Shown in pieces: positions 28,083 to 38,400 of a stretch of 64,000 bases of DNA. The DNA comes from Candidatus Micrarchaeota archaeon. Lineage in GTDB: Archaea; Micrarchaeota; Micrarchaeia; Anstonellales; JAHKLY01. Position 1 is the first letter of the stretch; every line of letters starts with the position of its first letter. The notes beneath the pieces are model-generated. The model saw only the letters and a list, made by a program, of their open reading frames with translations, was not told the origin of the DNA and searched no databases. The position numbers and the translations under genes are program-made. Location of the stretch: positions 1-64,000 of the forward strand of contig JAHKLY010000002.1 of assembly GCA_020854825.1 (NCBI GenBank), in the 5' to 3' direction.

Positions 28083-29735
28083 ATGGGAGAAATAGGTATG
28101 ACAACTGCAGAAAAGAATATTATGATAATCACAGGTATTTTAGCAGCAGCTATTATTTTAATTGTAATAGGCATAGTGCTCGATTTACCTGCGGGATTAG
28201 GGTTTAATCTTTTTGGAAATATTGAAGAACTTAAAAATGAAAGTATTGATTCTTCATTTGAACAGAATATACTAGAACAGCCAGTTAAAGAAGAAATTAA
28301 ATTAGAGGAACCTAAAAAAGAAGAGATAAAAGAAGAGGAATCTGATGAATTAGATGTTCCAATATCCATTTTAATTAATGACGGAGATTCAGATACAGAT
28401 AGCAAAAATGTTAATTTAATTTTAAAAGCAAGTGAAGTAAATAGATGTAAACTTTGGAATGAAAATGAAGATTATTATGATGTTAACTGGTTTGATTTTA
28501 AAACAGAAAAAATGGAAAAAGATTGGGTATTAACCCCTTCTGGTGGAGAAAAAACAGTTTATTTTCAATGTAAAAATGAAAATAATCAATTAACACCTAT
28601 TGTTTTTGATACAATAAATTATAATAAAGATTATCCTTCTGGAAGCGGAGGAGGTTCAAGCAGAACAAAAATTTTAGAACCCGCAGATTTATCATTACAA
28701 ATATTATCTGATGAAAGAGAATATTCAACAACAGGAGTTGTACATATTTTATTTTCAGTTAAAAATGCTAAAATATGTGAATTATATGAAGAAGATGGAT
28801 TTGGTATAACAGTAGATTGTGATTCAAAATCATATAGTGATTTTCCATTATCTGAAGGAGATGGCATAAAAACAATTTATTTTAAAGCAAAAAATGATAA
28901 TAAAGAAGCAGTGGTTTCTAAAGAAGTAATTTTGTTACAATCAGAAGTATCAGCTCCAGTTTTAGCAATGGTAATTGGAGAAGATAATTATTTAACTTTA
29001 TTAATTAATCCAAATAGCAGAAATATATCGGGCATAATTGACCACTATGAGATTTATAGGAGATCTGGAGATGCACCTACTTTACCAAATCAACCAGAAG
29101 AGAATCCATTATTCAAAAAAATTGTAACTACGAATGGAAATTCATATAAAGATATACAAGTTAAAGAAGGAACTACATATACATATTACGCAACAGCGAT
29201 TGATATTGTTGGAAGAGAAACTCCAAGGTCTGAATATGCAACACATACTGTAATAGGAGATATACCTACAGTTGAATTGTTAAGTCCCCAAGAAGGCCAA
29301 ACAACATATGGAATGGTTATGGCAGGATATACAATTAGTGATGACATATCCAGAATTTTAGATGTTGATATATTGTTAAATGGGAATAAATATCCAGTTG
29401 GAGATAAAAGAGTAAGTAATATAATGTATTTAACCCCATTACAATTAACATATGAAGGAGAATATACTTTACAAATAAGAGTAATTGATAATGCAGGTCA
29501 AAGAGGATTTAGTGAAGAAATATCATTTTATTGGTATGAATCAGAAGGATCAGGAAATATACAACACATAAGTGGTTCAAGTTCAACAACTTACCCAGAA
29601 ACAGAAAAAGACACAGGAGGTACGATTCCAGATGTAAGCAAACCAAGTACAGATCCGCAAATACCAGGAGTTCCAGCACCAGACTCACAAGAAACAAGAG
29701 AACAACCAAATAATCCAGCACCAACTCTTTCTTAA
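28083..29735 (+). CDS. Membrane-anchored Ig/FN3-like surface protein
   Basis: N-terminal TM, repeated L..G.G.KT(V/I)YF, YEIYR..YKD..V..G.TY.Y...A.D..G.E FN3 signature, Pro/Thr tail. Confidence 0.75.
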   Translation: MGEIGMTTAEKNIMIITGILAAAIILIVIGIVLDLPAGLGFNLFGNIEELKNESIDSSFEQNILEQPVKEEIKLEEPKKEEIKEEESDELDVPISILINDGDSDTDSKNVNLILKASEVNRCKLWNENEDYYDVNWFDFKTEKMEKDWVLTPSGGEKTVYFQCKNENNQLTPIVFDTINYNKDYPSGSGGGSSRTKILEPADLSLQILSDEREYSTTGVVHILFSVKNAKICELYEEDGFGITVDCDSKSYSDFPLSEGDGIKTIYFKAKNDNKEAVVSKEVILLQSEVSAPVLAMVIGEDNYLTLLINPNSRNISGIIDHYEIYRRSGDAPTLPNQPEENPLFKKIVTTNGNSYKDIQVKEGTTYTYYATAIDIVGRETPRSEYATHTVIGDIPTVELLSPQEGQTTYGMVMAGYTISDDISRILDVDILLNGNKYPVGDKRVSNIMYLTPLQLTYEGEYTLQIRVIDNAGQRGFSEEISFYWYESEGSGNIQHISGSSSTTYPETEKDTGGTIPDVSKPSTDPQIPGVPAPDSQETREQPNNPAPTLS

Positions 29736-29790
29736 TTTTTTTCTTATTCTTTTTTATTTTTATCTATTCTAATTATTAATAGGTGATTTT

Positions 29791-30273
29791 ATGGATTATA
29801 AAACAGAAATAGTTGAAATTAATACAGGTTTAAATATGATTATTGGTCAGTCACATTTTATTAAAACAGTCAAAGATATTTATGAAATAATTATGTCTAC
29901 ATTGCCAGGCGCTAAATTTAGTTTAGCGTTTTGCGAGGCATCAGGTCCTTGTTTAATAAGATATGAATCAACAGATGAAGACTTAAAAGAAAAAGCAATT
30001 GATATTGCAAAAGAATTATCTGCAGGTCATTGTTTTGTAATTTTAATGAAAGATATGTATCCAATAAATATTTTAAATCAAATAAAACAAGTTCCAGAGG
30101 TTTGTAATATTTTTTGTGCTACTCAAAACCCAGTCCAAGTAATAATAGCTGAAACAGAACAAGGCAGAGGAATTTTAGGAGTAATTGATGGAAATAAAAG
30201 TAAAGGTGTTGAATCTAAAGAAGATAAAGAAAATAGGAGAGAATTTTTAAGAAAGATTGGATATACTCTTTAA
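29791..30273 (+). CDS. Adenosine-specific kinase family protein (DUF355)
   Basis: IIGQSHFIKTV, FCEASG..LIR, EVC.IFCAT.NP, GRGILGVIDG, LRKIGY. Confidence 0.9.
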   Translation: MDYKTEIVEINTGLNMIIGQSHFIKTVKDIYEIIMSTLPGAKFSLAFCEASGPCLIRYESTDEDLKEKAIDIAKELSAGHCFVILMKDMYPINILNQIKQVPEVCNIFCATQNPVQVIIAETEQGRGILGVIDGNKSKGVESKEDKENRREFLRKIGYTL

Positions 30274-31136
30274 TCTTGTTTTGAGGAATAGTATTTAATT
30301 AATTCTTCAATTTTTTTATTTCCTTCTCCTAAAACCGCAGTTTCTTGTATTTCTTTAAACCATCTTTGAATTCCTTCATTTTGTCTCTTTTTTTTAGCTA
30401 AATTCATCAAAGAAATAAATATTTTTTTATCTGGACAATAACTGATTATGCTTTCAATATGAGCAATAATAACTGCACCTTTTTGTATATCTCCTCCTTT
30501 TGTTTTTGTGTCTCCATATTTTATAGATACATCAAGTAATTCTAAAAAGATATATTCAAACTCTTCTTGTTTAAATGAATATGCAGAATTTAATATATTG
30601 TCTGTTGTTTTATCTAATGCATCTTTATTCCCACAATATAATCTTTCAAATTTTATCAATTCTCGTTTAATTCCTTCTTTTTTAAAAGTATTAATCACGT
30701 CATGTAATCTGAAAAGGTCTTTTGATTTTTTTCTTTTAAAAAATTGGTATAACAGAAAACCAACAGTTTTTTCTCTTATGAAATTACCACAACTTTTAAT
30801 GTTATTAAAAGATTGTTTTATACTTTCTGCAGTAAGCCCGTCAATGTATTTTTTAAATAAAAGTATTAATGCTTCTTCTTGGATTTCAGCGGGTATTTTT
30901 GATTTTGAAAAAGCAGCAATAGTTTCATTGACATCTGAGTTCCGTTTAAATAATTCTTCAATTTTTATATCCTCTTCAAATATTTTTCCGTGTTTTGAAT
31001 TAACTAGTTGTCTTAATATACATATATCTCTTCTAGGAGGTTTTGGTTTTGTTGAAACTTTTGCAGGTATATTCATAAAACTAGGTAGGGGATAGTTGAG
31101 AGTTGAAGGGGGTGTACGTTTAGAGTAGTAAGTCAT
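30270..31136 (-). CDS. Hypothetical protein (paralogue of next ORF)
   Basis: Shares IP.EIQ.E.L....YI.....I.SCG..IR and KG..I...I.SI...L.NLA.KK with 31138-32085. Confidence 0.65.
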   Translation of the reverse strand: MTYYSKRTPPSTLNYPLPSFMNIPAKVSTKPKPPRRDICILRQLVNSKHGKIFEEDIKIEELFKRNSDVNETIAAFSKSKIPAEIQEEALILLFKKYIDGLTAESIKQSFNNIKSCGNFIREKTVGFLLYQFFKRKKSKDLFRLHDVINTFKKEGIKRELIKFERLYCGNKDALDKTTDNILNSAYSFKQEEFEYIFLELLDVSIKYGDTKTKGGDIQKGAVIIAHIESIISYCPDKKIFISLMNLAKKKRQNEGIQRWFKEIQETAVLGEGNKKIEELIKYYSSKQD

Positions 31137-31137
31137 T

Positions 31138-32085
31138 TTACTTTCCTCTTTGTTTGATAATTAAATCAATTTCATATATTAATTCAATACTGTTCATTTT
31201 TTGTGCTTTTTGGTTCAAGTCTTTAAATATTTTTTCAATGTTTATTCTAGTCTTTTTTCTAACTGCTAAATTAAGCAGTTTTTTTAATAATTCTAAATCT
31301 CCTTTGTGGTTTTCCATAATAGAAAGAATATATTTCATAATACATTTTCCTTTTCTAATATGGTTCGTTTTGATATTTTTTTTATTATATTTTAGTATCA
31401 TATCTAAACATATAGTAAAAATATCTTCAAATGTATTTGGGTTAAATAATTCAGTAATTCTAAAGATTCTGTTAAATATATTAGATAATACAATTTCATT
31501 ATTGTAATATGCATCATTGAATTTTTTTAGTCTGTTGATAATTCTTTCTTTTTTGAAAAAATATATTCTCCTTTTTAAATCTGGGTTATTTCCTCTGATG
31601 ATTGTTTTATTAAAAGTATTACAAAATAAATAAAAAAATATTCTTGATCTAATTACTGGACCACAGGAGTTTATTTTATTACAAATATCTTCTAATTCCT
31701 CAGTTTTAATGCTGTAGATGTAATTAGGGAGAATTTCCAATAAAATTTCTTTTTGAATTTCAAATGGGATGTTTTTATTAGATAAAATTATTATATCCTT
31801 AAAAAAATCAGAATTTTTTGAAAATGCACCTTTTTCAATATCTTTTTTAAAAATTGAATTATATTTTTTATTAATAATTTCTTTTAATACAGTAATTAAG
31901 TTATGATAAAGTGGTTTTTTTTCCTCATATTCTTTTAATATTTTATTTATTAATTTTTGTTTTGGAGTTAATTTTATTTCATGAGGGGTGTGTAATGAAA
32001 CGATAGATAAAAATGGATTTCTATACCCTCTTCTTTTAGATTTTTGTGTAGGCGTACAGTTATAGTTATTACCAATCCTTTTCAT
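31138..32085 (-). CDS. Hypothetical protein (paralogue of previous ORF)
   Basis: Shared motifs with 30270-31136; adjacent and co-oriented. Confidence 0.65.
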   Translation of the reverse strand: MKRIGNNYNCTPTQKSKRRGYRNPFLSIVSLHTPHEIKLTPKQKLINKILKEYEEKKPLYHNLITVLKEIINKKYNSIFKKDIEKGAFSKNSDFFKDIIILSNKNIPFEIQKEILLEILPNYIYSIKTEELEDICNKINSCGPVIRSRIFFYLFCNTFNKTIIRGNNPDLKRRIYFFKKERIINRLKKFNDAYYNNEIVLSNIFNRIFRITELFNPNTFEDIFTICLDMILKYNKKNIKTNHIRKGKCIMKYILSIMENHKGDLELLKKLLNLAVRKKTRINIEKIFKDLNQKAQKMNSIELIYEIDLIIKQRGK

Positions 32086-32238
32086 AAGAATATATTTATT
32101 ACAAATGATTTTTATTTGTATTGAAAGTTCATTAATTTTTGTTTTTCTAATAATATGAAAAGCTTTAAAAAGAGTTCCCTTAAATAAATAAATACTCTTT
32201 ATGATTTAAAGTTAAATGAATATTTAAAAGGTGTCTAT

Positions 32239-32352
32239 TTGGGAAAACGACCAAGAAAATGGAAGAAGAAAGGAAGAATGCGTTGGAAATGGCTACAAAA
32301 AAGAAGACGCAGACTTAAAAAGAGAATGAAGAGAAGAAAAGGAGAGCTTTAA
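32239..32352 (+). CDS. rpl41e: Ribosomal protein eL41 (eS32)
   Basis: Not in ORF track. TTG start after AGGTG; [37 protein letters not shown] resembles the Thermococcales-type eL41. Confidence 0.88.
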   Translation: MGKRPRKWKKKGRMRWKWLQKRRRRLKKRMKRRKGEL

Positions 32353-32413
32353 GTTAAAGCTAATTTTTATAAATTATTCCTTCTTAGTATTAACCATAAA
32401 AGGAGGGATATTT

Positions 32414-32884
32414 ATGGATTATGTTAAAATATTGGCTTCAGCAATTTTTGTAATGTTTGTTAGTTTAATTATATATACTGCAGGTTCATTTGTGGATATG
32501 GAGTATTATACTAATTCAGATAATTTTGGCCTATGGAGCAAAATAATGATGCCAAATATGGGTCCTCCGGGTGTTGAATTTTATTTTGTTTCGTTAGTAT
32601 TTAAATTCATAATCGGATTGATATTTACTCTATTTTATATGGTAATTGCGAAATCTATAAGACAAGAATCAATACTCAAAACAGGAATTTTCTATGGATG
32701 TTTATTATTTGTAATATTAGGGATACCTACTACATTAAACACGTTTTTACTTTTTGCAGTTCCATTGGGATTATTGATAAGTTGGACAATACAGGGGCTA
32801 CTAGTGTTAGTAATTAGCGGAATGGGAGTAGTATATATAATGCGTTATACTTGTAAGTTCAATAATGCAGGAAGTTTAAGATAG
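32414..32884 (+). CDS. 4-TM membrane protein
   Basis: Four hydrophobic helices; 7 nt upstream of the hydrogenase gene. Confidence 0.7.
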   Translation: MDYVKILASAIFVMFVSLIIYTAGSFVDMEYYTNSDNFGLWSKIMMPNMGPPGVEFYFVSLVFKFIIGLIFTLFYMVIAKSIRQESILKTGIFYGCLLFVILGIPTTLNTFLLFAVPLGLLISWTIQGLLVLVISGMGVVYIMRYTCKFNNAGSLR

Positions 32885-32891
32885 GGATTTT

Positions 32892-33995
32892 ATGATATCC
32901 AAGGATTCAAAGCAAGTATTGGGAATGCTTGAAAATAAAAAAACTATTATGGTGGCGCAAATAGCACCAGCAGTAAGAGTTTCTATGGGTGAAGAGTTTG
33001 GGTATAATTTAGGAACAGAAATAACTGAAAAATTAATAAGTGCTTTAAAGCAATTAGGTTTTGATTATGTTTTTGATACCTGTTTTGGTGCAGATGTTGT
33101 TACATTGGAAGAAGCATATGAGTTAGATTTAAGAATAAAAAATAATGGGCCTTTCCCTTTAATGACTTCTTGCTGTATTGGTTGGAGAAATCATGGATTG
33201 CAATTTTATCCTCAAAAATTAAAGAAGTTATCCACTTGTATGGCACCGCAAATAACTTTGGGTGCATTGATAAATAGTTATCTTCTTAAATATTTGAAAG
33301 TTAAAGATGATAAAAAAGTGGGAGTAGTTTCAATAATGCCTTGTATATTAAAAAAACAAGAAGCAAAACAAGAAGCTACAATTGGGTTAGAAGAAGTAAA
33401 TTTTGTTTTAACAACAAAAGAATGTGCTGATTTATTAAAATATAAAAACATTGATTTGAAAAAATGTGGAAAAACTGATTTTGATAAATACTTAGGTCAT
33501 GCAACTCAAGCAGGCAAAAAGTTTGGTGCGACAGGGGGAGTTTTAGAAGCAGTAATAAATACATATGCAGCAATGAAAGGTGATAAAACAAGAATAACAA
33601 TTGATGATGATAAACCATTAAATGAATATTCTGTTAACATAGATGGAAAAAAATTGAATATCGCAAAGGTTTGGGGATTGCAGAATTTAGATAAAATTAT
33701 AGAACAAATTAAATGCGAAAAAAAAGAAATACATTTAATTGAAGTAATGGCTTGTCCATTTGGGTGTGTTGGAGGTCCAGGACAACCAACTCCCGTAAAT
33801 AATGAGAAGAATAAAAAACGTGCAAATGCATTAAGAAAATATGCTAAACAAGAAAATATGGAAACTCCATATGATAATAAAGATATAAGAAAAATATATA
33901 ATTTATATTTAGATAAAATAGGAACTGAAAAAACAAAAGAACTTTTACATATGGGTTTTATTCATTCAAAAATTAAAAATAATTTAAAAAGGTGA
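32892..33995 (+). CDS. hydA: Minimal [FeFe]-hydrogenase (H-cluster domain only)
   Basis: QIAPAVR, P1 MTSCCIGW, P2 SIMPCILKKQE, FGATGGVLEA, P3 EVMACPFGCVGGPGQP; no N-terminal ferredoxin domain. Confidence 0.92.
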   Translation: MISKDSKQVLGMLENKKTIMVAQIAPAVRVSMGEEFGYNLGTEITEKLISALKQLGFDYVFDTCFGADVVTLEEAYELDLRIKNNGPFPLMTSCCIGWRNHGLQFYPQKLKKLSTCMAPQITLGALINSYLLKYLKVKDDKKVGVVSIMPCILKKQEAKQEATIGLEEVNFVLTTKECADLLKYKNIDLKKCGKTDFDKYLGHATQAGKKFGATGGVLEAVINTYAAMKGDKTRITIDDDKPLNEYSVNIDGKKLNIAKVWGLQNLDKIIEQIKCEKKEIHLIEVMACPFGCVGGPGQPTPVNNEKNKKRANALRKYAKQENMETPYDNKDIRKIYNLYLDKIGTEKTKELLHMGFIHSKIKNNLKR

Positions 33996-33999
33996 ATCT

Positions 34000-34584
34000 A
34001 TAGTACAAGAAATAATTTTAGCAACAGGATCAAAACATAGAATTAAAGCTTTTGAAGAACTTAATCTCTCATTTATTTATGAAAAAAGTAATGTTGATGA
34101 GTATATAGATATAAGACCAAAAAATCCAGAAGAGTTAGTTAAATTTTTAGCAAGATTAAAAACTGAAGCAGTAGCTAAGAATTATTCTGAAGGTATAGTT
34201 ATTGGTTTTGATTCTGTAGGTTATTTTGATAATAAAATATTGGAAAAACCAAAATCTAAAGAAGAAGCTTTTTTAAGATTACAAAAAATGTCTGAGCAGT
34301 CTTTTTCATTTTATACTGGAATTCATATAATAGATCTAGTTAAAAATATTTCAAGAACAGAAGTTTCAATTACAAATGCAAAATTACGAAAAATAAGTAA
34401 GGATGAAATTGATAATTATTTAAATCAAGATCAAGATTATACTACATTCGCGTTAGGTTTTGATCCATTAAATATGTATAGCTGTACATTTATTTCATCT
34501 ATAACTGGAAGTTATAATAATATACTTAAAGGAATACCTTTGGAAAGAATAATAGAACTATTGAATGAGGTTAAGAAAAAATGA
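34000..34584 (+). CDS. maf: Maf-family nucleotide pyrophosphatase (probable ATA start)
   Basis: In-frame extension of ORF 34240: IVQEIILATGSKHR..VDE..LARLK..VIGFDSV..ILEKP..G...N..G.PL. Confidence 0.85.
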   Translation: MVQEIILATGSKHRIKAFEELNLSFIYEKSNVDEYIDIRPKNPEELVKFLARLKTEAVAKNYSEGIVIGFDSVGYFDNKILEKPKSKEEAFLRLQKMSEQSFSFYTGIHIIDLVKNISRTEVSITNAKLRKISKDEIDNYLNQDQDYTTFALGFDPLNMYSCTFISSITGSYNNILKGIPLERIIELLNEVKKK

Positions 34585-34850
34585 AAAGAGAATCTGTATT
34601 AATTGCATTTATTCTTGCAGGAATAATATTAATTGGTATTTTTATATTTGATAATAATCCTTTAACTAATGACACATTTTGTTTAACAGATGATGATTGT
34701 CATGTATATAGAATTGATAATTGTTGTACATTTATACCGTTAAATACATTTAATTATCAAACTGTGCATAAGTATGAGATACTTTGTGATGCAGTTTGCC
34801 CAGAATATGAATCAAAATGTGCTTATTTTAGATGTGAATTAATTACCTAA
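34581..34850 (+). CDS. Small secreted Cys-rich protein
   Basis: N-terminal TM; C..DDDC....CC.....C...C....C....C. Confidence 0.7.
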   Translation: MKRESVLIAFILAGIILIGIFIFDNNPLTNDTFCLTDDDCHVYRIDNCCTFIPLNTFNYQTVHKYEILCDAVCPEYESKCAYFRCELIT

Positions 34851-34902
34851 CAATAACTAATTTATTTTTAAATATAGCTTTAATTAATCAATAGGTGATT
34901 GT

Positions 34903-35292
34903 ATGAAAAAATATTTTTATGTATTTGGAATTGGGATATTGTTAATACTTATGGGATGTATAGAAAGACAAGAAATTGATTATACAAATAATTCCACTCT
35001 TGTTAATCCTGCATCAAAATTTTGTGTAGATAATGGCGGAAAATTAGATATACGAACAGAAACAGATGGATCTCAGATAGGCTATTGTATATTTAGAGAA
35101 AAAGAATGTGAAGAATGGGAGTTCTATAGAGGAGAATGTAGTCAAGCACATATTTGTACTAATGAAGAGAAACAGAATGAGATATGTACTATGGAATATA
35201 TTCCAGTATGTGGAGATGATGGAATAATATATGGAAATAAATGCGCAGCTTGTTCAGCTAAAATTATTTCCTGGATAATAGGAGAATGCTAA
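34903..35292 (+). CDS. Lipoprotein with DUF333 + Kazal-type domain
   Basis: LMGC lipobox-like, NPASKFC...GG..GYC..CEEW..YRGEC, CTMEYIPVCG.DG..YGNKC. Confidence 0.85.
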   Translation: MKKYFYVFGIGILLILMGCIERQEIDYTNNSTLVNPASKFCVDNGGKLDIRTETDGSQIGYCIFREKECEEWEFYRGECSQAHICTNEEKQNEICTMEYIPVCGDDGIIYGNKCAACSAKIISWIIGEC

Positions 35293-35430
35293 TCCTATAT
35301 TTTTATTTTTTTTAAATTATCAGAATAAAAAATTGTAATAAATCTAATTTTAAGTTTAACATAATATTTATAAATCTATTTTACAAAGTATTTTCATCAT
35401 ACTAGAAAAGTATAATAAAAAGGGAGATGA

Positions 35431-38400
35431 TTGTGTATGTCTAATATTATAAAAAATATATTTTTAGTAGCATTTGTTTTAATTGTATTTAGTTTTGGCA
35501 TTGTAAATGCTTGGGTTCCTCAATGTAGTGGAAATACATATGACTTTATTTGTGGAGATATAGTAGATGAAAGCTGTATAATGAATGGTAATTTAACTTC
35601 TATAGGAACGTGTTTTACAGTATATGCAGACAATATTGTAATAGATTGTGATGGATATACAATCACAGGAAGTCAAACTGGATATGGAGTTTTAAATGAC
35701 GGGTATGATAATGTTAGTATAAATGGATGTATAATACATGATTTTACAGTTGGAATACAATTTTATGATTCTACAATTGGATTAATTTATAATAATACTG
35801 TTTATGATAATAATAATGGAATTACATTAGATAATAGTTCCTTAATTAATGTTTCTGGTAATGATGTATATGGTCATGATTATGGTATTTCTTTAATAGA
35901 TGGATCAAATAATAACACAGTAGCAGATAATAGTGTGAATGGCAATGACTTTGGTATTTATTTAACTATTAGTCCTGGTAATAATCTAACTAATAATTTT
36001 GTATGTAGAAATTCAGAAGTAGATGTATATGATAATGAATTTCCAAATAATAATTGGGCTAGAACTATATATTCCTCATCAGACCCAAATAATTCAACTT
36101 ATTTTGCACAAGTAGGGGATTGTTCTTTTGAACAAGGAGTATGTGGACAATTTATAAATGAAGATATAGTATTAACTGAAGATATAGAATGTACTGAAGA
36201 AGGAATAGGAGATTCCGGAATTGTAGTTGAAGCTGATAATATTACAATAGATTGTAATGGATATTCAATAATTGGTTTTATGGGTTCAGGGATTGGAGTT
36301 GAAGTTAGTGGTTATGATGGAATTACAATTATAAATTGCAACGTTTCAAATTTCCTGACCGGAATTTATGTTGAAGATTCTATAGGTACTGAAGTTTATG
36401 ACAGTATAATATATTACAATGGTATGTTGGGGCCCGATATGACTGGAATTCATTTCTATAATGTGAATTATTCAGCCATATATAACAACTTAGTTCATGA
36501 AAATGATATTGGAATTGTTCTTGAAGATTCATACGAAAATGAAGTTTATGAAAATGAAGTGTATGATAATCTATTCCAAGGCATACATCTTGTAAATTCT
36601 GAACATAATGTGATTTATGATAATCACATATACTGGAATGCTGACATTGGTTTGTACATTTTAAATTCAACTAACAACTTGTTTGAAAATAATACAGTTT
36701 GCACTAATAGGTTATCTGATATTCTTTTTAGGGGGACAAGCGAAGGAAATGAAGGAGACAATACCTGCAATGTTCTTGATGATACTGAGGAAGATATGAA
36801 CATGGAAGTAACTTGTTCAATTACTTGTCCATATTATGGCAATTGCGGTGATGAAATTGACGGAGATATTGTTTTAGCAAGGGATATTGAAGATTGCGAA
36901 GACGGTTTAATAGTAACCACAGATAACATTGTAATTGACTGTAATGGATATAGAATTTATGGTGATGGAATAAATGGCGGAATAGGAATTTTAGTTGATA
37001 GTTTGGATAATATAACAATAAAGAATTGCACTATCAAATATTTCGGGGTAGGTATTGCTTTGTTTAATTCTAATTCCAGCACACTTATGAGCAATTATAT
37101 GGATTCCAATGGTATGGGTGGAGAAACCGGAATCTATATGTTTAATAGCAATTATACAACAGTTGAAAACAATTTAGTTGAAAATGATGACGGCACGGGC
37201 ATAAACCTGGAATTTGGGTTTTTGAATACTCTTACCAATAACACTTTGTTAAACAATCTTTATGGTATCTATTTAATATCTAGCCACAATAATACTTTGA
37301 CAGATAATACTGCGAATGAAAATGTATTCGGAATTGATTTAGGTAATTCTGCAAACAATACATTATCTGGAAACACTGCAAATAAAAATATAGTAGTAGG
37401 GGTTTATTTAACTGGTACGAGTACTAACAATTACTTAATTGAGAATACTGTAAATCAAAACATAGGTGAAACTTATGGAATATTATTATCAGAGGGAGCA
37501 GATGAAAATACCTTAATAAACAATACAATAATTGGCAATACTGCGGGTATGAACGTAGGTTCTTTAAATAATACATTAATAGACAATTTCGCTTGTGCAA
37601 ATATTGTTGATATTATTGATTATACTGATGGAAATGATTGGACAAGAACAACTTATACTTTCTCTGATCCAGTGAACACAACATATTTTGATCAATTAGC
37701 CACTTGTCCATTTATTCAAGGTTTATGCGGACAGACAGTAACTGAAAGTGTAACTTTAACAGAAGACATTGTTTGCGAAGAAGGGGATATATTTAGTCCC
37801 CGGCCTACTGCATTGGTAATCGGGGCAAATAACCTCACAATTGACTGTGATGGAAACTATTTAATCGGATATGCAGATTATGCAGGAATTTTATCATCTG
37901 GATACAATAATACTGAAATAATAAATTGTGATATTTCAGGATTCTTTTACGGAATCTATTTTGAGGACTCAAACAATTCAATTGTAGAGGATTCAAATCT
38001 TCATGAAAATATGTGTGAGGGAATGTATATCTACTCTTCCAGTGAGGACCCATATCATGCATACGTTTATGATACAGTTTTTGAAGATAATTATCAAGAA
38101 TGTGTACTGACTGGATTGTATTTATCTTCGTCCACATTATTTATGTGGAACAGTGAATTCATAAATAATGGAGAATATGGGTTATACGAGGAGTTTAGGG
38201 GCATTCCAGATACTGTTTATTGGACCATAGATGATTATGCATATTGCAAGGACAACGGAATTTATATCAGCACAGCAGACGGTTACATAACTTTTGATGA
38301 AGGTGTTTTGGAAATAGATAACTGTACAATTGAGATATATAACAGAGAAACAGAAACATGGGCAATATGGTCTATAGAAGGTAACATGACTGATTATATA

